DNA of 64,000 nucleotides. Source: Cetorhinus maximus. Taxonomy: Eukaryota. Made by a program: the position numbers and the translations under genes. Of this stretch, positions 12,590-24,168 are shown piece by piece. The notes below the pieces were generated by a model. The model did not search any database and had not been told where the DNA came from. It worked only from the letters and a program-made list of their open reading frames with translations. The stretch is from the NCBI RefSeq assembly GCF_964194155.1, contig NC_135899.1:46500001-46564000 (forward strand). Reading direction: 5' to 3'. Position 1 is the stretch's first letter, and every line of letters starts with the position of its first letter.

Positions 12590-14083
12590 GGCCCATAACT
12601 TCCAAACTTCCCAGCGTCGGATTTGTTGGAGTACCCCAAAGATGTGCTGGGGAATCCGTCAGGAGGTTCCCAGTTAAGGGTTTGCATAGTAATTGCCCAG
12701 AAGTGCAAACTCTCTCTGGAAAATTGCACTGCTCTGGAAACAATCCAAGAATGTAGTTTAAATTGCTAACTTCAGATGGGTCCACCAGGGTTATAGTTAC
12801 CTAGAAAAAGTTGGAAGAATTAGAATTCTTCTAACTTCCGAGTAACTATTCTAAGGACCCAGGCCGACTCCACGAGACACCTCAACACCTCTGACACCCC
12901 CCCACCCCCCAACACGGGACTCCCCACACCTCAACCTCCGACACCCCCCACCATTCTGACCTCCGCTAGTCCCGAAACCCCCAACCTTTGACACCCCCCC
13001 CACCCCCGACCTCCGACACCCCTCATCCCCCCGACCTCTGGCACCCACCAGCCCGATCTCTGACACCCTCACCCCCACCCCTGACCTCCGACACCCCCAC
13101 CTGCGTACACTGATACCCCTCACCCACCCGACATCTCATACCCCCAACCCCCACTCCCTTAATCCCCGACACCCCTCACACACCCCGACCTCTGACACCC
13201 CCCGCCGCCGACCCCCACTGACCTCTGACATCTCCCCACCCTCTACCCCTGACCTCCGACAACACCAACACCAGAACCTCTGGCACCCTTCACCTCTGAC
13301 CTCTGAGACTCCCACTCTTGACCCCTGATACCCCCAACCTCTACCCCCCAACACCCCTCACACACCCTGATCTCTGACACCCCTAAACCCCACCCCATGA
13401 ACCCTCGGCGACCTCCGACACCCCCCACCCCTGACCTCCGACACCTCTACCAGCCCTCACCTCCAATCTCCGACAAGCCCCATCCCCAAACCACCAACAC
13501 CGCACCCCCGACTCTCCCGGACCTCCGACCAACCTCCCCCACCTCCTTGGACCTCCAACTGACCCCCCCCCACCCCCCCCACCGCCAACACACCTGGATC
13601 TCCAACTCACACCCCCCACCCCCCTCGACCTCCAACTGATGCCCCTCACCCTACCGGACCTCTGCTGACTCCCCCCACAAACCCGGACCTTTGAATGAAT
13701 CCTCCACCCCCGAACATCTGACTGAACACCGCCCATTCCACACTCCACTCCCCAGACCTCTGACTGATTCTCCCCACCTCCCCTGGAAAGCCCCCTGGAC
13801 ACCCTCACGCCACAAATCCTATGCACTTACCTTAGGCACTTACCATCTTCCTGGCCTTTTAGACTTACCTGCTTTATGGCATCAAGTGCTGTAAAAAAGG
13901 GGGTGTGGCCTCCTTGAATATGCTGGAGCTACACTTCACTGGGACCTGTGAGGAGTCTTTCGATGCAGGCCCTCAGCAGCTCCGGTGAACAGAAGTGGCA
14001 ACATAATTTTCAAGACCAGGTGAGCAGGCATTTATTCCCTGTAATTCCTGCGGGCCAGCACTTTCTGACGCTAGTTATGGCCC
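12590..14083. mobile_element. Harbinger-type MITE, family B, with an expanded C-rich core
   Basis: TIR ggcccataact / agttatggccc, flanks gta/ata; colinear with 22894-23694. Confidence 0.7.
12865..13810. repeat. C-rich degenerate minisatellite (gacctccgacacccc-like units)
   Basis: Dozens of variant ccgacctccgacaccc units; dense G-tracts on the minus strand. Confidence 0.9.
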
Positions 14084-14139
14084 ATAGTCTCACCGAAGCC
14101 CCGTGTAATTGTAGCAAGACTTTTTTTATTCTTGTCGAA

Positions 14140-14232
14140 AAGCAGAATACTGGGGATGCTGGAAGTCTGAAAAAGAAACAGAAAATGCTGGAAATACTTA
14201 GAAGGTCAGGCAGCATCTGCGGTGAGAGAAAC
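14140..14232 (-). mobile_element. Penelope pseudo-LTR fragment
   Basis: Matches the pLTR block at 1808-1910; followed by a CR1 3'-end fragment (~14245-14340). Confidence 0.75.
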
Positions 14233-15344
14233 AAGTACCAATGACGTAAAGGGATATGGGGATAGTATGGGAATAAGGTATTGAAGTGGATGATCAACCA
14301 TGATCGTATTGAATGGTGGAGCAGGCTCAATGGGCTGAATATAGCGGGAGTCAGGAAATTTCCTGGCTTGCCATGCCCACCTGGAAAAAGTGCCTCGTAA
14401 AGCACAATTTTCATTCTGGGAGGGCAGGTGCATGTTGGAATCAGGCCATCCACCCTGGAAACAATTCAAAGGTGGCCACAGGGTCTGTCGAGTGCCAAGG
14501 TGGTCTGATTGATAGGCCCGCTTGTCCAGTTGTTTTGTTCAATATTAGTCCTCTATCACCCCTCACATCCACTAAACCCCCACCCATTCCCCCATCCATG
14601 CCAACTCATGCCAATCCATGCCCCTCCACCCAACCAATAGCCCCTCATATCCTCCATGTCAACTCATAACACCTCCGAGCCCATTCACCCAGTATATACT
14701 CTGCACAGAACCATTGAACCCTGGAGTATCAATGGCATATATGGAAAAGCTTAAAAAAACATCTATTCATAACTTTCTTTAAAAAAACTGCGGCTACTAC
14801 AACCCTAAAAAAGTGTCAATCGACCAATCTTTAAAGCAGAAACTTTAAGCGCTTGACTGGTCTTTATCTTGTGTAAATGAACATTGAGCCATTAAAAAAC
14901 TAGATTTAAAAACAAGCTGTCAGGCAAGCAATGCTTTCCCTTGAGCGCACCTATTTCAACAAAGATGTCTGGGCTTCCGTTGGGGGGTCGTAGGGGGGCA
15001 TGATTTGGCATTGGGGGGCAGGTGTAAGACCTTTTGAAGTTATCTTTCAAAAGGTTCCCTTCTCCAGGTTTTGGCTCACGATATCTCTGAAGGACGGTGA
15101 ACCACGGGTCCTTGAGAAGCTGATCCGACTCCACGAAAATTGCAGGGGTCTAGGAGATGTTAAGAGTTGCCTACTCCCACAACGGAGGTTAGGAATGCAG
15201 GGTGCGGGCTTACTGCCTGCACCCTTCTCCACCACCAGGTAAAATTCGGGGCGCTGGGATTGTGGGGCTGGAATCCCAGAATTGGATCCTGTCTGCCATT
15301 TTCAAAGGTCTGCGGAGTCTCCACAACTCTGCAAAAAATCCAAC

Positions 15345-17320
15345 AAAACTACTTCAGGTCGATGACCTTTCATCAGAGCTGCAAAAAGTTAGAGATGATT
15401 ACAGTTTTGAGCAAGAAGTGTGTGTGGGACAAGGAAAAAGAATGCCTGTGATAGGGTGGAAGACAGAAATATTGAACGACAGAAAAGTTAATCTTCCAGG
15501 GCCAAAGGGTCAAGAAAAGAAACAAAGAAACAAAAGATATGCCTCGAGCAGGTGTGTTGCTATTGAAAGACAAAGAGAAAAACTGAAACACGCAAAGAAA
15601 AGGAAACAAAATGTGTGGATAGAATTTTATGTTCTGAAATCGTTGAACAAAGTGTTGAGTCCGGAAGGCTGCAGAGTGCCTAATCAAAAGATGAGCTGCT
15701 GTTCCTCAAGCTTATGTTGAACTTCATTGGAAGAGTGCAGCAGGCCATGGATGAAGGCACATCTTTTGTTTCTTTGATTCTTTCCTTGTCTGATCACCAT
15801 TCCCTTTGGCCCTGTAGGGCTAACCATTTAATTTCTCCTGTATTCCACCCTATCATAGACATTCCTTTTGTCATTTTCCCACCAACCTTTGCTCAAAACT
15901 TATTACGTTTCTAATTTTTCCCAGTTCAGCTGGACCATTGGCCTGAAACGTTCAGGGTGGAATTTTCCATGCCCATTGGGGGCGGGTATGTTTGGCGGCG
16001 TGAGCGGACAATTTGGCAAGAAGGCCAAAAATCGGTTACACAATGTCTTGAAGCACAGTTTGCAGTTGTCCGCTTTGCCCGTCAATGGCAGACTCCGTTT
16101 CCCACCATTGCACGTCGGGAACTTCATTGTTATACATCTGCATGTCATTATAAGCCCAGCCTGCCGGAATCATCCCCCACGCTGGATCTTCCGAGCACAT
16201 TGGTGTGTTGTTTCACAACTGTACATAAGTGGTGTGCACCTGACCAGCTGCACTTTGCTCGGGACTTCTAGGTTTGTTTGCCTACCTTGCTTCGGTCAGC
16301 ACTCGTGGTCACCAGCGTCAGGCTTCACAGACACCACCACATCACTTTTAGGGGCGCTCACGGGCAAGTCTCTACCTACCAGATCAACCATAAAGCGGGG
16401 GTGGCTTTTCACTGGCTTGAGCACTAGGGCTTGCTTGTGGAAGGGGGAAGAAGTGGCCTCAGGCAAGGGAAGAGGCTGCAGGGTGAGGGCTGCACTGGGG
16501 AAGGGGGGTATCCCAGGGTGTGTGGGGGCACAAATTGATCTGTACAAGTGGCCTCAAGATGGTGAGGGCTGAGGAGGCAGTCTCCAGAGGAGATGAGGCC
16601 TGATGGAGATGTGAGGGTGTGTGTGAGAGAGTGAGTGGTGCTGTCCCTTGAGCTGGCAGTGAGTGAGATGCCAGTAATTGTGTGATGGGCTTGAGTGTGT
16701 GAGATTAGAGTGATGAGGTGATGCCTTACCCTGGTGGCACGGATGAGATTGTTCATCCGCTATCTGCATTGGATGGTCAACCTCTTCTGTGCAGCATTGG
16801 CACTGATCACCATTGCCATCGCCTACCGAGCCAGAGTGGTGAGATTGCAGGACCTCCTGCAGCCAGAGTTGGGATAGAGGACATCACGGCAGGACTCTAT
16901 GGCTTCCAAAAGGTGTTCCAGGGACTCGTCACTGAATCAGGTGGGGGGCTGCAGTCTTCTTGCCTTTCAGGGCTATGTCTTCTGTGCAGCAGCCCTGGGC
17001 TGGAAGTGCTGAGATACATGCACGTGGCTGCACTTTAAACATGGCACCCGGTACGAGGAAGTGACGAGGTGATAGCGTCGTGGGCAAATAACAGCCTGCC
17101 TGTCATTGAAACGCCATGTTTCCCAGGAATGCATGATTACTGAGGTGGAACTGGGATGATACAGCATGGAAAGCCACCATTGTGGCCGGGGGGTAAAACA
17201 TTCTCTTTCCCACCCACTGCCACACAGTGCAAATTTGGGACAATTCCGTCCTCAGTCTAGTTCTCTCTCCATAGATGCTGCCTGATCTGCTGAGTATTTG
17301 CAGCATTTTCTCTATTTTTA
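15345..17320. mobile_element. Penelope fragment with inverted arm (15345-15755 on -, 15760-15954 and 17252-17320 on +), split by a Harbinger
   Basis: GIY-YIG C-terminus KLEEQQLIF*LGTLQPSGLN on the minus strand; plus-strand pLTR continues across the Harbinger insertion. Confidence 0.8.
15955..17251. mobile_element. Non-autonomous PIF/Harbinger element retaining Myb/SANT exon 1 (minus, ~16730-16975)
   Basis: TIR gggtggaattttcc / ggacaattccgtcc, TSD TCA; minus-strand FSDESLEHLLEA..RDVLYP..IQCR*RMNNLIRATR followed by a GT donor. Confidence 0.85.
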
Positions 17321-17364
17321 TTAATCTTACCACAAATTCCTGTACTATTTTAAAATTTAGGAAT

Positions 17365-18225
17365 AGGATAGCCCTTATCCACTCACCTGATAAACTCTAA
17401 ACATTCGTCTAACACATCGCCCCAACTTCATGAGCCCTTATCTTGTATGTTAATCTTTTGCATGGCATCTTATTGGATGCCTTTTGGAAATCCAGGAGCT
17501 GAATCTTTCGGTTGGTGTGTAAAATGACGCGCGTTAACATCGGGTGTGCGTCCCAACGTCATTGCGATATTTCGTTCGGCGGGTGCGCACCAGACGCGGC
17601 TGCACGCCCCCCGAAATGTCAACAGCCTATTAAGGCCATTAAGAATGTAATTAAACTAGTTAAGAACGCTGCCCGTCCAACCTTAAAATTGGCGGGTAGC
17701 TGAAAAGCCCAAGTAGCCTTCGTGTTTTTCAGGAAACCTCATGCATGGGCGGGATGAGGTTTCCTGAAGCTTTTATAAAATCAACGAAATAATTTCCCCA
17801 CCTTTACAAACATGTCCTATTCCTATTGTCTATTCAATCTCCCTGAGGCAGCTACCGGCTGCTGTTACGCTGGGCGGGCCTTAATTGGCCCGCCCGCGTA
17901 AAATGGCGCGCAGCCAATCGCAGGCAGCGATCAGCTCCGCACCTGCCTCCACCCACTCCCCCCCAGCCTGCCCACCCTAAGTAAAATCCTGGCTCAGGTA
18001 TACTACTTACGAGTTATATCCTCAAAATTCTCTCATAAATTCGTCAAACAGGATTTCCCTTTTCTAAAATCGTGTTGGCTTGTCCTAATCATACTATGCT
18101 TTCCTAATGCAATGTTAAGACTTCCTTAATAACAAATTTCACTTTTGACATGACTGATGTCAAGCTAACTGGCCTGTAGTTCCCTATTTTCTCTCCCCCT
18201 CCTTTCTTGAATAGCGGTGTAATCG
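17365..18225 (-). mobile_element. CR1/HER1-like LINE RT fragment
   Basis: Minus strand gives NYRPVSLTS..QHDFRKG..YLDFQKA-type RT motifs; interrupted by a MITE. Confidence 0.75.
17496..17994. mobile_element. Harbinger-type MITE, family A
   Basis: TIR-like gagctgaatcttt / aaaatcctggct, TSD CAG restores the host CR1 (tccaggtatac); shares internal hairpins with other copies. Confidence 0.8.
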
Positions 18226-18819
18226 GGATCCCTTTATTGCAGGTAATCTCTGTTTAGTTAATTTCAATTTTATTCCCTTTAGATCGAGTTAATTACTTTG
18301 ATTATTTACCTATTTGCTGTTTCTCCCTGGTTCAAACTACTTAACACTTCCTTCTTCCCGCACCAAATTTCCGTCACCATTGTTGAGCAGATTGACTTCA
18401 TTCTGGCTTCACGCAGCCCTGTATCCTTGTGAGAAAAGTGCAGAAGCAGAACCCACCAAAGGAGATGCTTGCCAGGAATAAATGTATTGCATGGAGTTAG
18501 AGAAACAAAAGACAGGATCAGGAAAACAGTGACATTTATGAATGAAGAGATTAATAGGAACTGTGAGAGAAGAAAACACCAAAGAAAAACAAGACCCTTG
18601 ATTTTAACCTCACCTGTTCAGTGGGAATGAAGGGGGTTTGGGTGATTTTGCACGTCCCAATTTTGTTCTCCATTGAAGTTGAATGGGGTGCCTGTTAGGT
18701 TAGGTTAGAATTGGAGCTAAAGGGGGCAATAGTGAAAGCAAAAGTGGGTTTATGAGACTCAGAAAGGGGAACGAAATACTGAGAAAAAAGAGAACATGTA
18801 ACGGAGAAACAGAGTGAAA

Positions 18820-19400
18820 GATCTTGATATTAACTTCCATGATGAGTAGAAGAGGGTAGGATGGGGTGTTAAAAAGTTAAATGCACAGGAAACCCCAACC
18901 CTCCATGCACCCTCCCCTTGCCTTTAGTACAGGGGCGAATTTTGAGATGCTGTGAATAGGCAGGACACTTAATTAAAATATTTAAATTGGGTTCCCCAGG
19001 GTCGAGAAACATAACAGCAAAAGGGAGGTGGGAACTTCCAGTGCCCATGGTCAGTGATTTTATGTAGCACTCCTTGTGGGCCAGGTGGAGCAGGAGTACT
19101 CTTTTCAGGCCCTTCGAAGAAGCACTCTGCTCCCCAATCCCGATTACCAACCTCCCTTGCCTCCTCCAGCTCTGCTGCCTCTCTCCCCAGCTCTCTTGAT
19201 GACTCTTAATGCCAGGCGCTGTCCCTAAGGGTCTCCAGTTGTGGCCTATTGCCCTTGGTGTTCTTTCAAGCCTGCCAGCCAGACTGTCTAATTGTCCAGC
19301 TGTTAAGATTGAAAGGATCTCTGCATAGCTGGCTTTGCCAGGTTCTATGTCAATTTTCAACTTCACTCGCAGCCCCCATCTTCCCATTAATATTGGTGCC
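18820..19400. mobile_element. Old MITE-like repeat
   Basis: Weak terminal inverted similarity (gatattaa../..ttaatattg); internal similarity to the reverse complement of ~38570-38830. Confidence 0.4.
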
Positions 19401-21544
19401 AAAGTGACAAGCATATTGACAGATATGAGAGAAATATTCCTTGAATATGCTGTGTGAAAGTGATGCCTGACACATTTCTATTATCTACCTTAATTCACTG
19501 ATTTAATGGAAATATTAACCATTTTAAGCTAAATACATTTAAGCATTTAAACAAAGCCAACAAAGGAATTTGAATACAGTTTGTCTCTGTGTCCTAATTT
19601 TCTCGCAGTGTAATTTCAAGGTCAGGGAGAAAGAAAGTAGGAGGGATGAGGGAGAGCAAATGGGACCAGAGATACCAATATACTTCCCTACATATTGGCA
19701 ACAAGCCATCTTGTTTTACTCATCAATGTGTTGCTATGTCACTTGTGACTTGTTTCGATAATACACTCATAAGGCAAGAAAATGTTAAATTCCCCACTGT
19801 CCAATATCTCCTGTCAGTCAGGTATGATTTTATGTATGCTATTAATGAGAATTCAAGCTTGGAGGCAGTTGCTTATAACCAGCCAGTAATTATTTTCAAT
19901 TGTGCATCCCAAGATATTTCTTCAGCTTCTTGATCTCATGTGATTTGTTAGATTACAATGAGGCGGGGGGGAGGGGGGGAAACATGTGCCTGTATTGATG
20001 AAGATAAAACTTTACATTTCTAAGGCAATAACTTACGAGCACCTTTAAGGCCAATGTGGTCATGTATTGATCTGTGTTTAACTGTTCATTTATCACTGGT
20101 GCTGTGGGACAGAATGTGGAAGTAACTAGCAATGTCCTATCCTATTCTAGACAGGAGAGTGAGTTACTGGCAAACTGCAGCTCTTTGATACCAGTGGAAA
20201 ACTTTTAATGACCTTTAATCATAATAAAAGTCAGCATTACTGAAATGATAAAATATGTAGTAACTAAATGGCTGGATTTTCTTAGAAACGTCAGTTTTTT
20301 TTAAACCAATGCAAAACCTCTGATTCCAGCACTGTGAGATTCATGGAGAGACACCGGTGTAAAATTTTTCTCCCCTTGTTAATTTGTGACCCTGATACAA
20401 CTGACAAAATTGCAAATTTTTATGTTTGATTGAGCTCTCCAGTAGCTTATAACTTTCTGTGCCGGGGTAAAGCAGATGATAGCAAATCGGCAATTAAGTT
20501 GATGGAAATAAAAATTGCCAGAAATGTTAAATGAACTGTTGGTTCTCTAACATCCGTTTTCCACAGTCACACAAAGTCAAGATCTGCCTCACAGTTTGCA
20601 AAATCAGATTAATATTGGTAGCCAATAACTGTGTAAAGAGAGCTGAATATTGGCCAATTGATGCTCAGCGGGGCTATAGAAAAGAGAACGGTTTCATCAA
20701 GCTCTCAGTCACTTTTAATAAGGCCCAATAATTTTCGTTGGCTAGAAATAAAGGAAAAGTTTATCTCCTAGTTCAGTGAAGTGCTGCCATAATAGCAAGA
20801 ACAGTAGATTTCCAACAGTCCATCTATGACAATTGCAATCTGTTTAGTGGCAATGATAAATTAGCAGCCAATCATAAAGGTCTGACAGTAAGCAGCCTTT
20901 CATGCTGCTCAAGCAGCTAACAAGCTACTTAACAACCGTAAGTCTCAAACAATCAATAGTCTGCTCTAGAGCATGCAGTTGTGTGTGAAAATATCTTAAG
21001 GGTGGAAGAGAAAAGGCAGAATGTTTTGGGTTATTTTAAAACCTTTTTATCCTAGACTATTTCTTCTCCCATTACTTTCATCAGTGAATCTCAACTCTCC
21101 AGATCTTTGTTATCCTTACCTTGAAATCTATAAAAGTTTTCACAAAATGCACCCAGGTAAATGAACAACATTACCTTTTGCTATTCGGCACTGAATTGTC
21201 CTAAGCTTCTGTAAGAACTCCTTTCAATCTTCAAAAGTGTTGAACCTCAAAATAAATTTTGGTTGAAATTTAAAATGCAAATGTTTATTTGATAAAGATA
21301 ATGAATAATCAAATGATTGAACAGAAAGAGAATACTTACATATAGTCATAGTTTCTTTTGCCATCTCACCGTTCTGGTCACCGATGCCATCCATCTCTCC
21401 AGCCAATTTTTTGGGCTAAACGAGGCTGTCTGCAACCTCAGTAGCCTCCTTGAACCCAAACTGAGCTTCTGATCTCATATTTTCTTAAGTTGCCGTAAGT
21501 TTTAACTCTGATAAATTTAGTTAGCAGTTCAATAGGTAGACGCG

Positions 21545-21690
21545 TGGCAGGGCACCTCAGGCCCGTTACACGCCATGGAGAAGCTCCAGGGCAGGTTGCA
21601 TATCCTGGACATGTGCAGTAAGTGTTATCAGTTGGAGGAGTTCGAGCTCCAGGTTTCAGAGATTGAGTGGCAGCTGAATTCACTATGGTC
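21545..21690 (+). mobile_element. CR1 ORF1 zinc-finger fragment
   Basis: Similar to the reverse complement of 4000-4160 (CSKCYQLEEFELQVS). Confidence 0.6.
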
Positions 21691-22104
21691 CACCTTGATC
21701 AAATATAAAACTTGGTGAAATATGGATATTAGTCTATGATGTCGACACAGCTAAAGCAGAAACAGAAACAAAATCAGACATGGGATAGCCCCAATACTGA
21801 GTGTTACTCTGACTCAGGAGGAGCTTATTTGTGCCTCTGTAATATTGGAAATCTAGGAAGGCCTGTAGCTTCACTCAAGATCCAAAATTACCTTCCATTG
21901 AAATGAACATTCAGAGGTGGTGGGAAATTATGTGTACCTTCAGATGGGAACATACTGCATTACAATCAACACCAGGACAATGAAACATGGGAATAAGTTA
22001 TGTCCCATTCCTAAGCCTACCTTCTGTTTTAAGACCACCCAAACAAATGTGAATAGAAGTCATGTCCTGCTTCTCCTACCAAGACATAACATCACAGACC
22101 TATC

Positions 22105-22480
22105 ATGATTTTGAATATTTCTATCAAATCTCATCTCAACCTTCTATTCTCTAGGGAGAACAGCCCCAGCTTCACCAACCCATCCATGTAACTGAAGTCC
22201 CTCATCCTTGGAGCCACTCTTGTACATCTTTTCTGCACCATCTTCACATTCTTCCCAAAGTGTGATGCGTAGAATTGGTTGCAAAACTCCAGTTGAATCT
22301 GATCCAATGTTTTACAAAGGTTCATCATTAGTTCTTTGGTTTTGTACTCTGTGTTTTGATTTATAAAGCCCTTGATCCTGTGTGCCCTTTTAATCACTTT
22401 CTCAATCTGCCCTGCTATCTTGAACAATTTATGCTCATATATCCCCACCTCTTTCTGTTCATGTACCTCCTTTAGAATTT
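22105..22480 (-). mobile_element. CR1/HER1-like LINE RT C-terminal fragment
   Basis: ORF 22131..22448: QLEFCNQFYASHF..VQKRCTR..LGLFSLENRRLR. Confidence 0.85.
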
Positions 22481-22543
22481 TGTGTCATCTATACATTTTG
22501 AAATTGTGCCCTGCACACCTAATTCTAAGTTATTAAATTATAC

Positions 22544-22644
22544 CTGACCACTTGTAAGAACTCCAGAATTATATCATGTTGCCTCTGGATGTCTGGGAGG
22601 AAATTCCTAAATCTGTTTAGTCTGGCAAACAAGACACCAGTTGC
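22544..22644 (-). CDS. Candidate 101-nt internal coding exon of an unidentified host gene
   Basis: ttcaacAG|GCAACT...GGTCAG|GTataa; only one frame is open: ATGVLFARLNRFRNFLPDIQRQHDIILEFLQVV(R/S). Not recognised as TE; no partner exon found. Confidence 0.3.
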
Positions 22645-22893
22645 CTGTTGAATATAAGCAGGGGCTACAGATTGAAGATGTTGTTGATATCCCCTATGAC
22701 AAAAATCTACAACAATTTTAGTAACGGGACAGCAAGAACTATCATTCAAAAGAGTCTACTTCAAACATTTTACAAACCATATTGTTTTATAAAACTTCAT
22801 TTCCAACCATAAGCTTTAATTTGAGTGTCTGCACAATGACTCAGACGTTTACAAGGCTTTTTTAACTATAATAAAACAAAGCAAAAAGACATG

Positions 22894-23694
22894 GGGCTGT
22901 AGCTTCCGAGGTCCAGGGCAGTGTATCTGGGGGTACCCCAAAGATGAGCTGGGAAACCAATCCCAGAGGTTCTCAGGTAAGGATTGCATGGCAATTGCCC
23001 GTGAAGTTCAAACTTCTGAAAACGCGATTTAAATTGCAAACTTTGGATTGTTCGGACTGTGTTACAGCAACAGTTACCCAGTTAGAAGAATTAAAACCAC
23101 TTGTAGCTTCTGGGTAACTATAGCACTGCCTCACCCTGAACCCCCATGGGACTCCTGACTCCCCCGCCTCCCACCACTGACAGTCAACACCCTCCAAATC
23201 GCAACAACCCCCCCTTCTCCCGACTCTCCAATTGACTCCCAACTTCCCCACCCCCCAAATCCCCCCCTCCCCAGGCCTGACCCGACTCCCCCCGCCCCCA
23301 GGCCCGACCCGACTTCCCACTTCGCCCCCATACGCCCCCCTCCCTGCTCTCCTCATGCCCGACCTGACCAGACCTGACGTGACCACTCCAAATCCTACCC
23401 ACTTACCTTATGCACTTATCTTCTCTCTGGCTTGTCAAAGACCTTTAAACTTGGCTGGACCTTTAAATTTACTTGGTTTACGGCAGCTATTGCTGTAAAA
23501 AAGGGGGCATGGCTTACTTACCTGTGACTGAGCTGCCCTCGACTGTAGGTCCTGGGAGGACGCTGCACTGCCCAGATCTTGCCCGGCTTGAGTCGGAAGA
23601 TCGGGCGAAATAGATGCGGCTGTATTTCGAGGTAAGTAATTATGAGCGGAGTAGTTATCCATCTCAGTTGCCAATCCAACAGAAGTTACAGGTC
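22894..23694. mobile_element. Harbinger-type MITE, family B
   Basis: TIR gggctgtagcttc / gaagttacaggtc, TSD ATG; C-rich core 23130-23400. Confidence 0.8.
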
Positions 23695-23809
23695 ATGATG
23701 CTTTGTTATAAACTGATTTACTCATGTTGGTAAGTAACATGAGCACACAAACTGATGGGAAAAGCCAACCCTCAATTGCACAAATAAGACAGGAAGCTTT
23801 CTATAAAAG

Positions 23810-23905
23810 AAATGCAAATACTGTGGATGATGGAAATCTAAAATAAAAACAGAAAATGCCAGAAATACTCAGGTCCGGCAGCATCTATAGAGCGAGAAAC
23901 AGTTA
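23810..23905 (-). mobile_element. Penelope pseudo-LTR fragment
   Basis: Matches the pLTR block; ends at ...gagaaacagtta next to a Harbinger left end. Confidence 0.75.
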
Positions 23906-24168
23906 TCAGATGGAATTTTATGCTCTGGAGATTGAGTGTGGTGACGGGTGGTTCCTGCTGGGCAGTGGGGGGCAGGATGTCGCACCTGATTCTATGCTTG
24001 GAAGTTCATTAATTATGCACTGGCGAGTAGCTCTCTGAATCAGCGGGCACTGATTTGTCCACCCCGCTGGTACTTAATGTGTCAAAAGTCCTAGCGCCAT
24101 ATTTAAACACCACCTGAATGCTCATGTTCACTCTCTGCAGCCCAGCTGTGTGGCCGAGCAACGCTGGG

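Noticed and set aside
12851-13826. Gly/Arg/Val- and Pro-rich ORFs
   Set aside because: Artefacts of the C-rich minisatellite.
15868-16572. 234-aa ORF
   Set aside because: Crosses the Penelope/Harbinger junction and non-coding TE sequence; no recognisable domain.
21225-21510. Minus-strand exon ending at a strong GTAAGT donor (~21340)
   Set aside because: Stops in all frames from the plausible upstream acceptor; no frame compatible with the 22544-22644 candidate.
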